Shown: positions 1 through 10,680 of the stretch, in pieces
Position numbering within the stretch: the stretch's first letter is position 1
Layout of the letters: each line of letters starts with the position of its first letter
Assembly: GCF_006345805.1 (NCBI RefSeq)
Contig: NW_021824580.1
Span: forward strand, 1-18,171
Length of the DNA stretch: 18,171 nucleotides
Source: Octopus sinensis
Taxonomy: Eukaryota
Reading direction: 5' to 3'
Position numbers and translations under genes: made by a program
Notes under the pieces: model-generated
Databases searched by the model: none
The model's input: only the letters and a program-made list of their open reading frames with translations
What the model was told of the DNA's origin: nothing

Positions 1-34
<34 letters not shown>

Positions 35-73
35 TATCTATATGTGTGTGTATATATATATATATGTTATATA

Positions 74-143
<70 letters not shown>

Positions 144-230
144 GTATATATATATAATATGTATACATATTACCTCATTCATGCGCACATATATATATAT
201 ATACACAGGTACATGCATACATTCTCATAA
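1..230. repeat. (TA)n compound microsatellite
   Basis: Near-pure alternating TA with TG/CA interruptions. It explains the YI-repeat ORFs 42..230 and 46..234. Confidence 0.95.
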
Positions 231-302
231 CTAGCCTAAACGTTGCTTATGCCTAAACACTGCTTGGTGCTAACATTACGGTAAATATTTTACTAAATTT
301 CA

Positions 303-332
303 GTATACACACGCATATATACATATATATAC

Positions 333-417
<85 letters not shown>

Positions 418-445
418 TGTATGTATGTATGTATGTATGTATACG
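303..445. repeat. (TA)n + (TATG)n compound microsatellite
   Basis: TA run followed by a TATG tetranucleotide run. Confidence 0.95.
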
Positions 446-624
446 CATCAGTCATACAGACGTACGCATATACCCGCATACATACATTCTTGTAGCATAT
501 CCTGCTGGCAAAATATATTTGCCTCATAACATGTATTGAAATTTATTCTATTTTGAGATTGGTGAAATCATATTTTGGAACTTGGAAGAAATATATGGTA
601 CTGTTCTTCGAGCTATATTTTCTG

Positions 625-893
625 TGTGTATACTTACATACACACACACACACACAATTTATATATATATATACATATAGATAGATGTCTGTGTCTTGCC
701 TCTGTGTGTGTATGTGTGTGTATAAATATATATATATATGTGTGATGTGTGTGTATGTGTGTATATACGTGTGCTTCCGAGTGTTTCAGCAAATTATTAT
801 GAAGACATATGTATACAAGCACACACATACATACATACATACATACATACATACACACCCACAGTCACATACACACACATACTCACCCACACA
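625..893. repeat. Compound (CA)/(TA)/(TG)/(CATA) microsatellite cluster
   Basis: Successive CA, TA, TG and CATA runs are directly visible. Confidence 0.9.
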
Positions 894-1130
894 AATGTTA
901 TGTTGGTGCTAACGTTCCTCAGAAATGTACAAACATAAGTTCCAATGAAAAGAGATTTTCAGTTCGAAGGAGATACCATTTCGATGCGTAGTTTTGATAG
1001 GATAATTCTGCACACATTCTGGTTTCATTAAACCTCTTTAACGCTAATTTTGTCTAATTAACAATGGAGCGAATAGTAACTTCCTCTGTCGGTGTTTCAT
1101 CCATTTGTTCCATATAGGAATTCAAAAGTG

Positions 1131-1262
1131 CATCATCATCATCTTCCACCACCACTAGCACCACCATCCTACCACAACCATTACCGCCACAACCACCATA
1201 ACCACAACCACCATCACAACCATTAACCCTACCACCAACATAACCACAACCACCCCCACCCC
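1131..1262. repeat. Degenerate (CAT/CAC/ACC/AAC)n trinucleotide tract
   Basis: catcatcatc followed by accaccac/aaccac units. It gives the Gly/Cys-rich minus-strand ORF 1054..1284. Confidence 0.85.
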
Positions 1263-1440
1263 ATATCCCTACTTTGATTTTCAAGTTTCTTTTTCTTCGC
1301 TACTTCCTTCATTCTTATAATGGGAACTTCCTGTTTACAGATTATAAACTTTTCTTCAGTTCTTCAGCGACGTTTCAACACATGCAATTGAATCGATATA
1401 ACTATAACCTCTGGTACATATTTACAGTTTAAACCTAAAA

Positions 1441-2238
1441 TCTATATATATATAAAAGGCAGTTTGTCTGTCTGTGTGTCTGTCTGTTTGTCTGTGTGTC
1501 TGTCAGGTTGTACCCTCACCCTGACCACGGTTTTCAACCGATTCTGATGAAACTTGACACACACATAGCCCAATGTCATAATTCAAAACAAACGCAGCGA
1601 AAATTTTGAAAAGTTCCCCCAGTTCTGAAAAAAAAGATAAATTTGACATGGGGTCGAGAATCTAAGCTTATCATGTGCAACACATTTTCCGTTGTAGTTT
1701 TCGCAACTTACAATCGATTTTCACCAAACTCATGGTGAAGCTTAATGTTACCCTAAGGAACTTAATTCTGACGTTAGTTTTCCATGCAATACCTTACCAT
1801 TAGAAAAAAATCGTTAAAATCATGCCATTTTGGGAAATCGCGTTCAAATTCAAGATGACATATTTTCGACAATATCTTAAACAAATTGGTAGGAATTTTT
1901 TGTGAAATTCACAGCGAGCATCATGTCTGCTCCAAGGAGCTATATGGCCCTTTTGATTCCAATAGGATACGTTATTACTGGAAAAAATCGGTTAATTACA
2001 TCATTTGTGGCACACATAGCAAACCGATTTTTCTGCGATATTTTTTGAAAGTTCACATAGATTTTCCCTACTTCTTCATGCATGCAAGGGAACGGTGCCT
2101 TGAATGCCTTAATGCCTTTTAGGCTTCATTTTACAAAATAACGGTTCAATGAGTACAAAAAAGGATAAAAAAGGTAAAGGGCATTGCTTATCGACAAAGT
2201 TTCTTACATACCCGGGCAACGCCGGGCTATGCTGCTAG
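1441..2238 (+). mobile_element. Non-autonomous Helitron, complete termini (798 bp)
   Basis: 5' TC at 1441 (A|TCTATATATATATAAAA) followed by a (GTCT/GTGT) array at about 1464-1504. 3' hairpin CCCGG-GCAACG-CCGGG at 2211-2226, then CTAG at 2235-2238 followed by T. Insertion between A1440 and T2239 with no TSD matches the canonical Helitron rule. No Rep/helicase ORF. Confidence 0.9.
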
Positions 2239-2249
2239 TAGCATCTAAG

Positions 2250-2420
2250 GGGATGATCTGTCAGAATTGTTTACATGTCAGACAAATAAAGACTAAGCGA
2301 CATTTCATGCGGCTCTTTTCGTTCAAAATTCAAACTCCCCGGAAGTCGCCTTCACTTTTCAGCTTTATGGAGTCAGTAAACCATTTGTTTACTGGGGTCA
2401 TCAAAAATTTCAGTTCTTTG
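2250..2420 (+). mobile_element. Degenerate tRNA-derived SINE (family B in this window)
   Basis: ctgtcagaattgttt...ctaagcgacatttc...ttcaaactcc...actggggtc aligns loosely with the reverse complement of 15045-15158 (ctggcagaatggtt...cttagtagcattt...). Degenerate A-box and B-box-like motifs. It also resembles a recalled Octopus SINE consensus. Confidence 0.65.
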
Positions 2421-2821
2421 ATCCCAGAGTAGAAAAGATTACTGCCACCAACAAGCTGCAGGTGATTAGATCCGAAACACCTTGGGTACCTGTTCAGAGA
2501 TTAGCTTTCAAAAGACATCCTGTTGTATATATCGAGAGACAAAAGTGTATTGACCATACTGTACACTAAACAATCATAAATCTCGTAGCTTTAATTTTTT
2601 CCTCAAACCAAATTCTAAAAAAGAAAAACGACTATATGCTGGCGTGTATAACATGTATAATGTCTGCATATTCAGGAAACGGCACAACCATTAATATTTT
2701 GCTTCGGAGAAACTTCCCAAAGTACATATGTTATTTAAGCATCATGAAAAAATGCAGTCTTTAACAGAGGAAAATATAAAGATCGTAACAGCGAACAACA
2801 CAAACATGTTATATTTTTTAT

Positions 2822-3396
2822 CTTACACTTACTTCATTCATTAGACTGCGGCCATTAGAGATGGGAACAAATCGGACCCAGGAGATTTTTCAAATCTAGT
2901 ACTTATTCTAGCGATATCTTTTAACTAACCGTTATGCTACGTGGACGTAAACACACCAGTACCGGTGGGAGACAAACACAGACACAAAGACACACACGCA
3001 CATGCATATGTACATACATATACATATATATGTGTATGCGTGCGTGTGTGTGTGTATGTATATATATATATAAATATCTATGTATATATATATGTGTGTG
3101 TGTGTGTGTGCGCATATGTATATATATACATATATACATGCATGCATACATACACACATACATACATACATACATACATTAATACATACATACATACATA
3201 CATACACATATACATACATACATACATACATACATACGATGATATTCTTTCAGTTTCCGCGTACCAAATTTACTCGCAAGTCTTTGGTTGGCCCGATACA
3301 CTAGTAGAAGACACTTGCCCAAGATACTACGCAGTGGGACTGGACCTGAAACTATGGGGTTGGGAGCTAGTTTCGTACTCCACAACCACGCCTGTG
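2822..3396 (-). mobile_element. tRNA-derived SINE (family A), full length with internal microsatellite
   Basis: The minus-strand head at 3396-3236 aligns with 17987-18150, sharing caggcgtgg, tcccaacc, cagtcccactg, tgtcttctacta and gaaa(c/t)tgaaagaa. B-box-like GGTCCAGTCCC at 3346-3336. Internal CA/TA/CATA repeat at about 2990-3236. The 3' part at about 2822-2990 (gactgcggccat, tagtacttattcta, ggacgtaaacacaccag) matches the recalled 3' half of the same Octopus SINE. Confidence 0.8.
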
Positions 3397-3398
3397 AC

Positions 3399-3404
3399 TA
3401 TATA

Positions 3405-3458
<54 letters not shown>

Positions 3459-4018
3459 GGTAGTATGTATGTATGTATGTATGTATGTATGTATGTATGT
3501 ATGTATGTATGTATGTATGTATGTATGTGTGTATGTATGTTTATACAGCCAAACTGCAAATTACGCCATTTCGATTTAATTCTTTTTTTGATTTTACGCC
3601 TGGTTTTAAAAGAAATTTATGCGTGTATATATATATATATATATATAAATGTGTGTGCGTGTGTGTGTGTGTGTGTGTGTGCGTGTGTGTATGCATGTAT
3701 GTATTTATGATTATGGTGAACACGCGGTTTGAAACTTTAAAAGTCTTTCTCGCCATTAAACTAAAATCATATTTCCCTGTTTTTTCTCCTTGTGTTGTCC
3801 GTTTTAATGTTCATAGCCCTTACTTTAATACACACACACACACACACATACAAGTACAAACATACTTTGATGTGTTTATACACACACACATATCTAGATA
3901 TATACTTTTACATATATAATATATATAGACGGATTGTTACATTATATATACATAGATATGTATATATTTCTGTGTGTGTGTGTATATTTATATATGTATA
4001 TATATGTGTGTGTGTGTG
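3399..4018. repeat. Cluster of (TA)n, (TATG)n, (TG)n and (CA)n microsatellites with short unique spacers
   Basis: Runs at about 3399-3545, 3620-3710 and 3829-4018. They explain the long YI/MYVC/HT ORFs. Confidence 0.9.
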
Positions 4019-4504
4019 AGTCTGCATGTGTTCCCGAAACCAATTACTGATATTCTAAATACACTTAATATTCTATACATATACACTCGCATATGAACAT
4101 AGACACGTGATTGCGCGGTGGGGCTTTCATAGAAACGAAATTGCTTCCTCCGCCTCGCTATGTCTATGCAACAGATATTCTGCAATGAAACATATCTACA
4201 TATATCTCTATTGTTTGTGGAGGACATTGTGTCACATTTACCTGCCAGATACACTTATTTATGATTTTAAAAAAACGGCAATGAATTTCCTTCGTAAACA
4301 ATAAATTCCCTCGTTTCTTCCTTAATGTCCTTTTTATACAAATCTTTCAAAGAAAATGTTTCATATTTAAACATCAAACTAATATTTAGCAGCGAGAAGA
4401 ACTTTAGCAATACTGTCACAGTCTCTCAAAATGTGTTATTCTGATTATCGTGTTAAAACACACAGCCTGGGAGTGTAACACTAAAATATACATGTTTCAA
4501 CACT

Positions 4505-4569
4505 GATATACACAAACACCTGTATGTATAATTATATACATATATATATATATATATGCATATACACAC

Positions 4570-4600
<31 letters not shown>

Positions 4601-4732
4601 CACACGCACACACACACATAAACAAGCATATCTGTATACAAACATGTATAAACATCTCTATATGCATATGTCTATGCGCAAACATCTGTATATACAAATA
4701 TACGTACAGAGACAATTACATATCCAAAAATG

Positions 4733-4772
<40 letters not shown>

Positions 4773-4802
4773 TAGAGAGACAGAGACAGAGACAGAGAGA
4801 GA
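4505..4802. repeat. Compound (TA)/(CA)/(GA)/(GACAGA) microsatellite cluster
   Basis: Repeat runs are directly visible. Confidence 0.9.
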
Positions 4803-5154
4803 GTGGGGGCGAGAAGGAAGCATATATACCGCTGTATATACAAGTATATAAGCACACCATCATTATATCTAAACATATATACAGAAGCATCTTTATTTAC
4901 AAGCATATACACAAACATGTGTATATACGTACTTGTGTATATATGTATATATGCATGTGTATTTTGACCAATCACTTGATGATAGAGTAATAATATTTGG
5001 TTATGCGGGTCTTATTTTCTCTTTTGTAAGTTTGACAATAAACGAGGGACTATAATCATGTAATTATACGAAACAGCAGCATAAAATGTTTTAGTCGTGG
5101 CTGAATTTGCCGAATTAAAACAATGGAAAAGTTCAGCGAAAGAATGAAAGAAGC

Positions 5155-6000
5155 TCCAACAGCAGCAGCAGCAGCAGGGTCATTATATCTCACACCACCA
5201 CCACCACCATCCTCCTCCTCATCATCATACCAATCGTCTCTAACAGTAATCCCGTCCACCACCCAAACTGCCCCGGTCTACCAGCAAGTATACTAACCGA
5301 CCGACCGAGTAACCGACCAACCAATCGACTCACTGCTTCATTTATCCCAACCAATTATGTAAAGACCACCAAAACCACCACCACCACCACCACCACCACC
5401 ACCACCAGCTCTGCCAGCAACAGCAGAAACAGAAACCACAAGAATAACCACTATCACTCCCACAACAACAGCAACAACAACCACCACGACTACGACCAGG
5501 TACCAAGAAAAACCACCTATAATAGACACCACCAACAACAACAGCCGAAACAACAGACACAGCAGCAGCAACCACCGACTGCCGCCGCCATCAACTTAAG
5601 CCTATAATAACGACAACAAAAATAAAAACTGGAACTAAAACCGCCATTACAAAAACTAGCGCCGCCACCACCAACAACGATGAAGAACTTTCAACACTAC
5701 CAACGATAACAGCTACAGCAACTGACGTCACCACCTGTACTAGCACCACAACAACCTCCACCAACGACCACAACGAACCTAAAACCGGTAGCAACATGAA
5801 TAAAAGCTATAATAAACGAGTATAACAAGAAACCCCAACACCGCCGACATTGGCAACTACAACAGCAACCACAACTACAACCGACGATAACAACCACCTA
5901 TACCGGCACCAGCACCAGCACCACCATTAACAACAACAACAACAACAAGTGCGTTCCCTCCCATCAACACCAACAATACCAACAACAATAACTACCTCCC
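5155..6000. repeat. Cryptically simple (CAG/CAC/ACC/AAC)n trinucleotide tract with strong C+A strand skew
   Basis: Pure (ACC)n near 5375-5405 and (AAC)n near 5929-5948, set in degenerate triplet units. Confidence 0.85.
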
Positions 6001-6144
6001 ATTCACATTACATAATTCTCTCCATTAACGACTGAACGCAATCGTAAGCCATACTTCCTCTAACATAGAAAATATTCAGTTTTAAAACCCCTTTCACTTG
6101 AGACATCTATTATAGGTATCAGGTATATGGTTTGTTATGATTCA

Positions 6145-6737
6145 CACATGCACACGCACACACACACATACACGAATGTAAACACGCACGTACAAACACA
6201 CGCTTGTGTACATGTGTTTGTGTGAGCGGGAAGCGCAACAAAACAACAAACGGCTGACATTACAATGGAGGCGTCAAAATAAACGGCTTTTAAAACCGAG
6301 TATTTTCTATGTTAAAGGAAGTTGGTGGCTTACGATTGCGTCATTCGCATGCACCCAATCATATACACACACACACACAAAGATGCACGCACACATACAC
6401 ACATACAAACGCACACACACGTATATATATGTTTGGAAAGAGAGAGAGACACTGAAAGAGAGAATAGGAATCTGACAGGCAGAGAGACAGACCTGTGTAT
6501 ACACATGTGTGCGTGCATACACACACACACAAACACACACACACACACACACATATACATATTCATGTATGTGGGTGTGCATGTATGTGTGTGCAGTTAT
6601 CTATATCTATAAATATATATAAACATATATACATATAAATATATGCATACATATAAGTGCACACGTACATGTATATGTATATGTGCACACAGACATACAC
6701 ATATGCGCGCACACACACAAACACACACATACACACA

Positions 6738-6793
<56 letters not shown>
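6145..6793. repeat. (CA)/(TA)/(GA) microsatellite cluster
   Basis: Runs at about 6145-6205 and 6360-6793. Confidence 0.88.
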
Positions 6794-7344
6794 GTTCATT
6801 TGAATTTAAAGCGATCTAGGGCCTCTTATGCTGGATTTTTGCCGACGTGCTCCAGTTCTTCTTATAATTGTTGCTGAGTCTACAGGTTGAAGCAGAGCCC
6901 CTTTCAGCCAGGCACTTTCAGACTGATGAGATTGTTTACCGTTAATATTATATTTAAACTGTCAGCGTTCGACGCTTACAAGAAAGTTCTGAGAAAGATG
7001 AAAGATACGAAAATGGTGAAAATTCTAGAGGGTCGATGATCTGATGGGAAAATGAACCACTCGCAGTGATGTGTGCGGGGAAAAGGCACACGAGCGGGTG
7101 GCAGGGATCTTGAGTGGTGGAGCTTCGAAACCAGCTGTTTTCGGGGAACAGGAGTTGATAGTGTAAAGTAGAAAAGGCAGAAACAGGGGCCAGTATCAAT
7201 ATGGGACAGATATTGTAGGATCAGTTAGTAATGGAGGATCGACTATTCGATTATTAATCTCTAGATGCGGTCCAAGGTGTCTGTGTGTGGAGTGCTTCAC
7301 TGTAGACCCCACTTGGACCTCGTACATTTGATAATACCTGTGTA

Positions 7345-7435
7345 GGTATGTGCTTGAGTGTGTGTGTGTGTGTATGTATGTGTGCACGTGTGTGTGTGTC
7401 TATGTGTGTGTATGCGTGCGTGTGTGTATGTGTGC

Positions 7436-7474
<39 letters not shown>

Positions 7475-7590
7475 TATGTATATATATATGTGTGTGTATA
7501 TTTATATATATTTATATATATATTTATGTATTGTATGTACATATGTATGTATGTATGTATGTATTTATATGTCTGTGTGCGTGTGTGTAA
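7345..7590. repeat. (TG)/(TA)/(TATG) compound microsatellite
   Basis: Repeat runs are directly visible. Confidence 0.92.
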
Positions 7591-7981
7591 TCACAATTTA
7601 GGTTAGTTGTAATATGTTTTTCACATATTTCAACTGCTGAAGGCAAATACACTGCAGTTACCGTGGAGAAAAAAATTCTCTCTTCTGGGAAAACACCTCG
7701 TTCGTTCAGTGTCGCCCTCTCTCGGGAATCTCAGACATTGATGTTTCGAGTTTATTGACTCTTGTCGATGAGACGTACCCAAGAGATGATTCTTTTTTAT
7801 GATAATTAATATCGCAGACAGAAAAGGACAGTACAAACAAATAGAGAGATTATGAGTTCAATTTAAGATGGTTTTTTAAAATCTTATTGTGAATAAAAAT
7901 ATTTAAAAAATTTTGTACCTTTTCAGATAAACCATGACCGTGAAGTCCAGCGACTACACCTTGCTTTTACCAAGCATGAGA

Positions 7982-9483
7982 TTAAGTAGGGTCAATCACG
8001 CCCAGCTTCCTTTCTACATCCTTCCATCTTTTCCCAAATATACTTCGCGACAGGTGTATCCTCTGCAGCCCTGCCTTCCTCTTTAGATGATATCTGAAGT
8101 AATACAGCGACCCATTGTTAAAGTCTACTTACATTTTAAGTTTGGGCAGGGACTGCACGAATTCGGCAACCTCCCCATCCTTTTCTTTCTGCAGTGTAGT
8201 CGCTGAGCTAAAGGTAAACCTTTTGCCCGCCATCTCCTCGCTTACAAAATGAATGTCCTTGGCGTATTTCTCTTTGAACTCTTGGAACAGCTCTGCATCC
8301 ATTCTCGCCACACGGAGGTTTGGAAGCATGCCTTTTATTGCTTTATATACACGCGCCTTATGATGCGTTCGAATTACTCTTGCCAATATGCTTTTTTTTT
8401 TTCGTTGAAAGAAACTATTTTTCTTGTTTTTGGTGGGGAGGGGCGGAGTAAAGGGTTTTAACATGGGGTGAAGTGTGGACTTTTTTCCTCTGTGTCTGTA
8501 GTGTTTTTGTTTCTTTTCTTTGTCTGGGGAGGGGAGTGTGGGGCTTGGGCCTTTTTTTCTTTTGTGTGATATGACTGTGGTAAAATCCATCTCCTCTTCC
8601 GCCACAAGAGTTGTGTTTTCTACTTTTTTCTGTTTCTTTCTCTTCCTTTTCTTGTTGTTCGTTAGGGTTTTCTTTCTGAGGAGGGGCTTCACTCTTTCTT
8701 TTGTTTGTTTTTCTCGCATTCTGAGCAGACATGGCCTTTTTCTCCACACTTGAAACACCGAGGTCTACGTCCCTCGACCGCGACTCTGACTCTCATCCCC
8801 CTCCCATATAAAAACTATATCGGGCAGCGTTTCCAACACTTCGTTCGAAGCCTGTACCAACATCACGAGGGTCTGTCCCTTCCAATTCACTACCTCCCTC
8901 TTCTTCATTTGCAGAATCGACATCTCTTCCTCTATATCGTAAATTACAGCTGCCGCTACCACATCACATCATACCCTGCTGGTATTTCTTCCACCGTTAT
9001 CTTTGCGGTTCTTCTCCCTAGACAGGTGGGTAGCAATATGATTTCTTCGTTTTTCAACGTTCTTGCTGACACCGCCTTTGCTATATTAGCCTTTTCGAAC
9101 TGCGCCTCCAATGTGGAGCTCCTTATCCCACGACCTACGTAGGTGGTTTGGTTCCAAATGGGCGCCAAACACATCTCCACTAAGTCGTTCTTCACCGACA
9201 TGATTCTTTTTTCTTTAATGTGAAATATTTTGTACACCACTGTTCTTGCCATTAAAATTTGTACCGTTTCCTGCGGGGGCAGTAATTTGGTAATGGTACC
9301 ATTTTTCTTGATTAAGTTGCGGTACTTGAATAATTGTTCCATGGTAACATGCATTTTTATTAAATTTCCGCCTACAGTGGCTGAAAAACTGGACTTTTCC
9401 TTATTTCCTTTTTGTACATTTTCAACATTAGATGACTTCTCCATCTCAGGGAAATCCTTATTTGATAATAAATTATATTCCAT
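7982..9483 (-). pseudogene. Disrupted LINE ORF1 (gag-like nucleic-acid-binding protein: RRM-like region, CCHC knuckle, Lys/Glu-rich linker)
   Basis: ATG at 9483 (MEYNLLSNKDFPEM). Track ORFs 8956..9522, 8765..8962, 8415..8747 (part) and 8129..8758 (part), plus an unlisted frame at 8796-8689, join by four single-base indels. The 1502 nt span minus 3 plus 1 gives 1500 nt (500 codons), with one internal TAA at 8129-8131. Confidence 0.8.
8716..8757 (-). other. CCHC zinc knuckle coding motif CFKCGEKGHVCSEC
   Basis: Manual translation of the third minus frame gives C-x2-C-x4-H-x4-C preceded by MRVRVAVEGRRPR. The ORF track misses it because the frame is only about 35 aa long. Confidence 0.92.
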
Positions 9484-10001
9484 TTTGCAAAAAATGGCTT
9501 TCTTCAACAGGAATAAACACACAAATTTTTCAAAAATGATTTTTTGCCAAGAATGACAAAAATTAATATTTTACCCTGCAACGGATAAAAATAACAGAAA
9601 AAAAACAGTCCAATAGTAGTAATTTTCCAACAACGCACAATTTTCTGCCGCGTAGGTCGAAAAATACGTAGGGCGAAAAAAACAGTTCACGATCGATGAC
9701 AGTTGAATCCGAACAAATGAAACAAACAGTGCAGTAACAACAAACATTAAACAGAATGAAAAGCAGCAGCAGCAGCCAAACGAGATGTGACTGAGAGAGG
9801 CGACTCTGATCGAACTGAATAAAGCTTATTATGTCTAACATTGGCAACGAGGCCAAAATATAAATTTGTATTTTCCTCACCATGGTAAAACAGAAACGAA
9901 CGTAAACAACTTCACTCTCACCTTTATTTACTAATTAAATTAATGACTTGCTAGCGCAAAAGACACACTTCTGTTGGTTATTTTTCCTCCATGTTCTTCT
10001 C

Positions 10002-10030
10002 CTCTCTCTCTCTCTCTCTCCTCTCTCTCT

Positions 10031-10117
<87 letters not shown>

Positions 10118-10150
10118 TAATTATATATATGTATGTATGTATATGTATAT
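10002..10150. repeat. (CT)n(TA)n microsatellite
   Basis: Repeat runs are directly visible. Confidence 0.95.
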
Positions 10151-10337
10151 ATATAGTCGAAAGAAAGGCAAGTAGAGAGAGACGTGTCACTGAAGAGATT
10201 GCAACAGTGCGATGAAATAATTATTTGTCAAAAAGGAAGGAATAACAACACGAACAATACTGAACAATAACATTAAAGGACTGAACCAATGCGTGTGTTT
10301 ATTATTACCGGCACGATGCCCCTCCCGAGGCTCAATA

Positions 10338-10340
<3 letters not shown>

Positions 10341-10376
<36 letters not shown>

Positions 10377-10378
10377 CG

Positions 10379-10422
<44 letters not shown>

Positions 10423-10440
10423 GTGTGTGTGTGTGTGTGT
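10341..10440. repeat. (TG)n microsatellite
   Basis: About 100 bp of TG with few interruptions. Confidence 0.95.
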
Positions 10441-10539
10441 ATCAAGGAATAAGAGATAGGTAACTAAAGAAATGCAATGTCAAGTGACTGAATCTTGTGA
10501 TATGTATGATTCCCGTAGAATAATATCGGAGAAAGACAA

Positions 10540-10680
10540 AAAGAATGAAAGAATAAAAGAAAAAGAAAGAAAAATATATTCTTGAAAGAACGAACAAACA
10601 AACAAAACAGGAAATAACAAAAGAAAGAAAGAAAGAAAGAAAGAAAGAACAAAAGAAAGAAAGAAAGAAAGAAAGGAAAC
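10540..10680. repeat. (GAAA)n polypurine tract
   Basis: Pure GAAA runs at 10621-10676 with degenerate flanks. Confidence 0.9.

Larger units (their letters stand above)
7900..9820 (-). mobile_element. Tx1/L1-clade non-LTR retrotransposon derivative, ORF1 only (no EN/RT); boundaries approximate
   Basis: A 5'UTR-like segment at about 9820-9484 precedes an ORF1-like coding region with GRRTAKITVEEIP and VAVEGRRPR-CX2CX4HX4C. An in-frame 48-codon tail ends at TAA 7982-7984 and resembles the Tx1 ORF2 C-terminus. No endonuclease or RT (YADD-type) coding sequence lies between them. Confidence 0.75.

Noticed and set aside
1054-1284. Gly/Cys-rich 76-aa minus-strand ORF as a structural protein
   Set aside because: It has a non-ATG start and derives from a degenerate ACC/CAT triplet tract, with no signal peptide or splice support.
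6921-7015. CTGATGAG near 6923 as a hammerhead core
   Set aside because: No helix II closing onto a CGAAA box follows at a usable distance.
6954-7330. GC-richer unique segment with ORFs 6954..7199 and 7196..7387
   Set aside because: All frames I translated contain stops or give no recognisable motif. It may be an old TE fragment, but I cannot support a call.
7880-9833. aatcttattgtg (7880-7891) and aagcttattatg (9822-9833) as a TSD of the Tx1-like element
   Set aside because: The match is only 10 of 12 in very AT-rich DNA, and it would leave the element without an A-rich 3' tail. It is plausible by chance.
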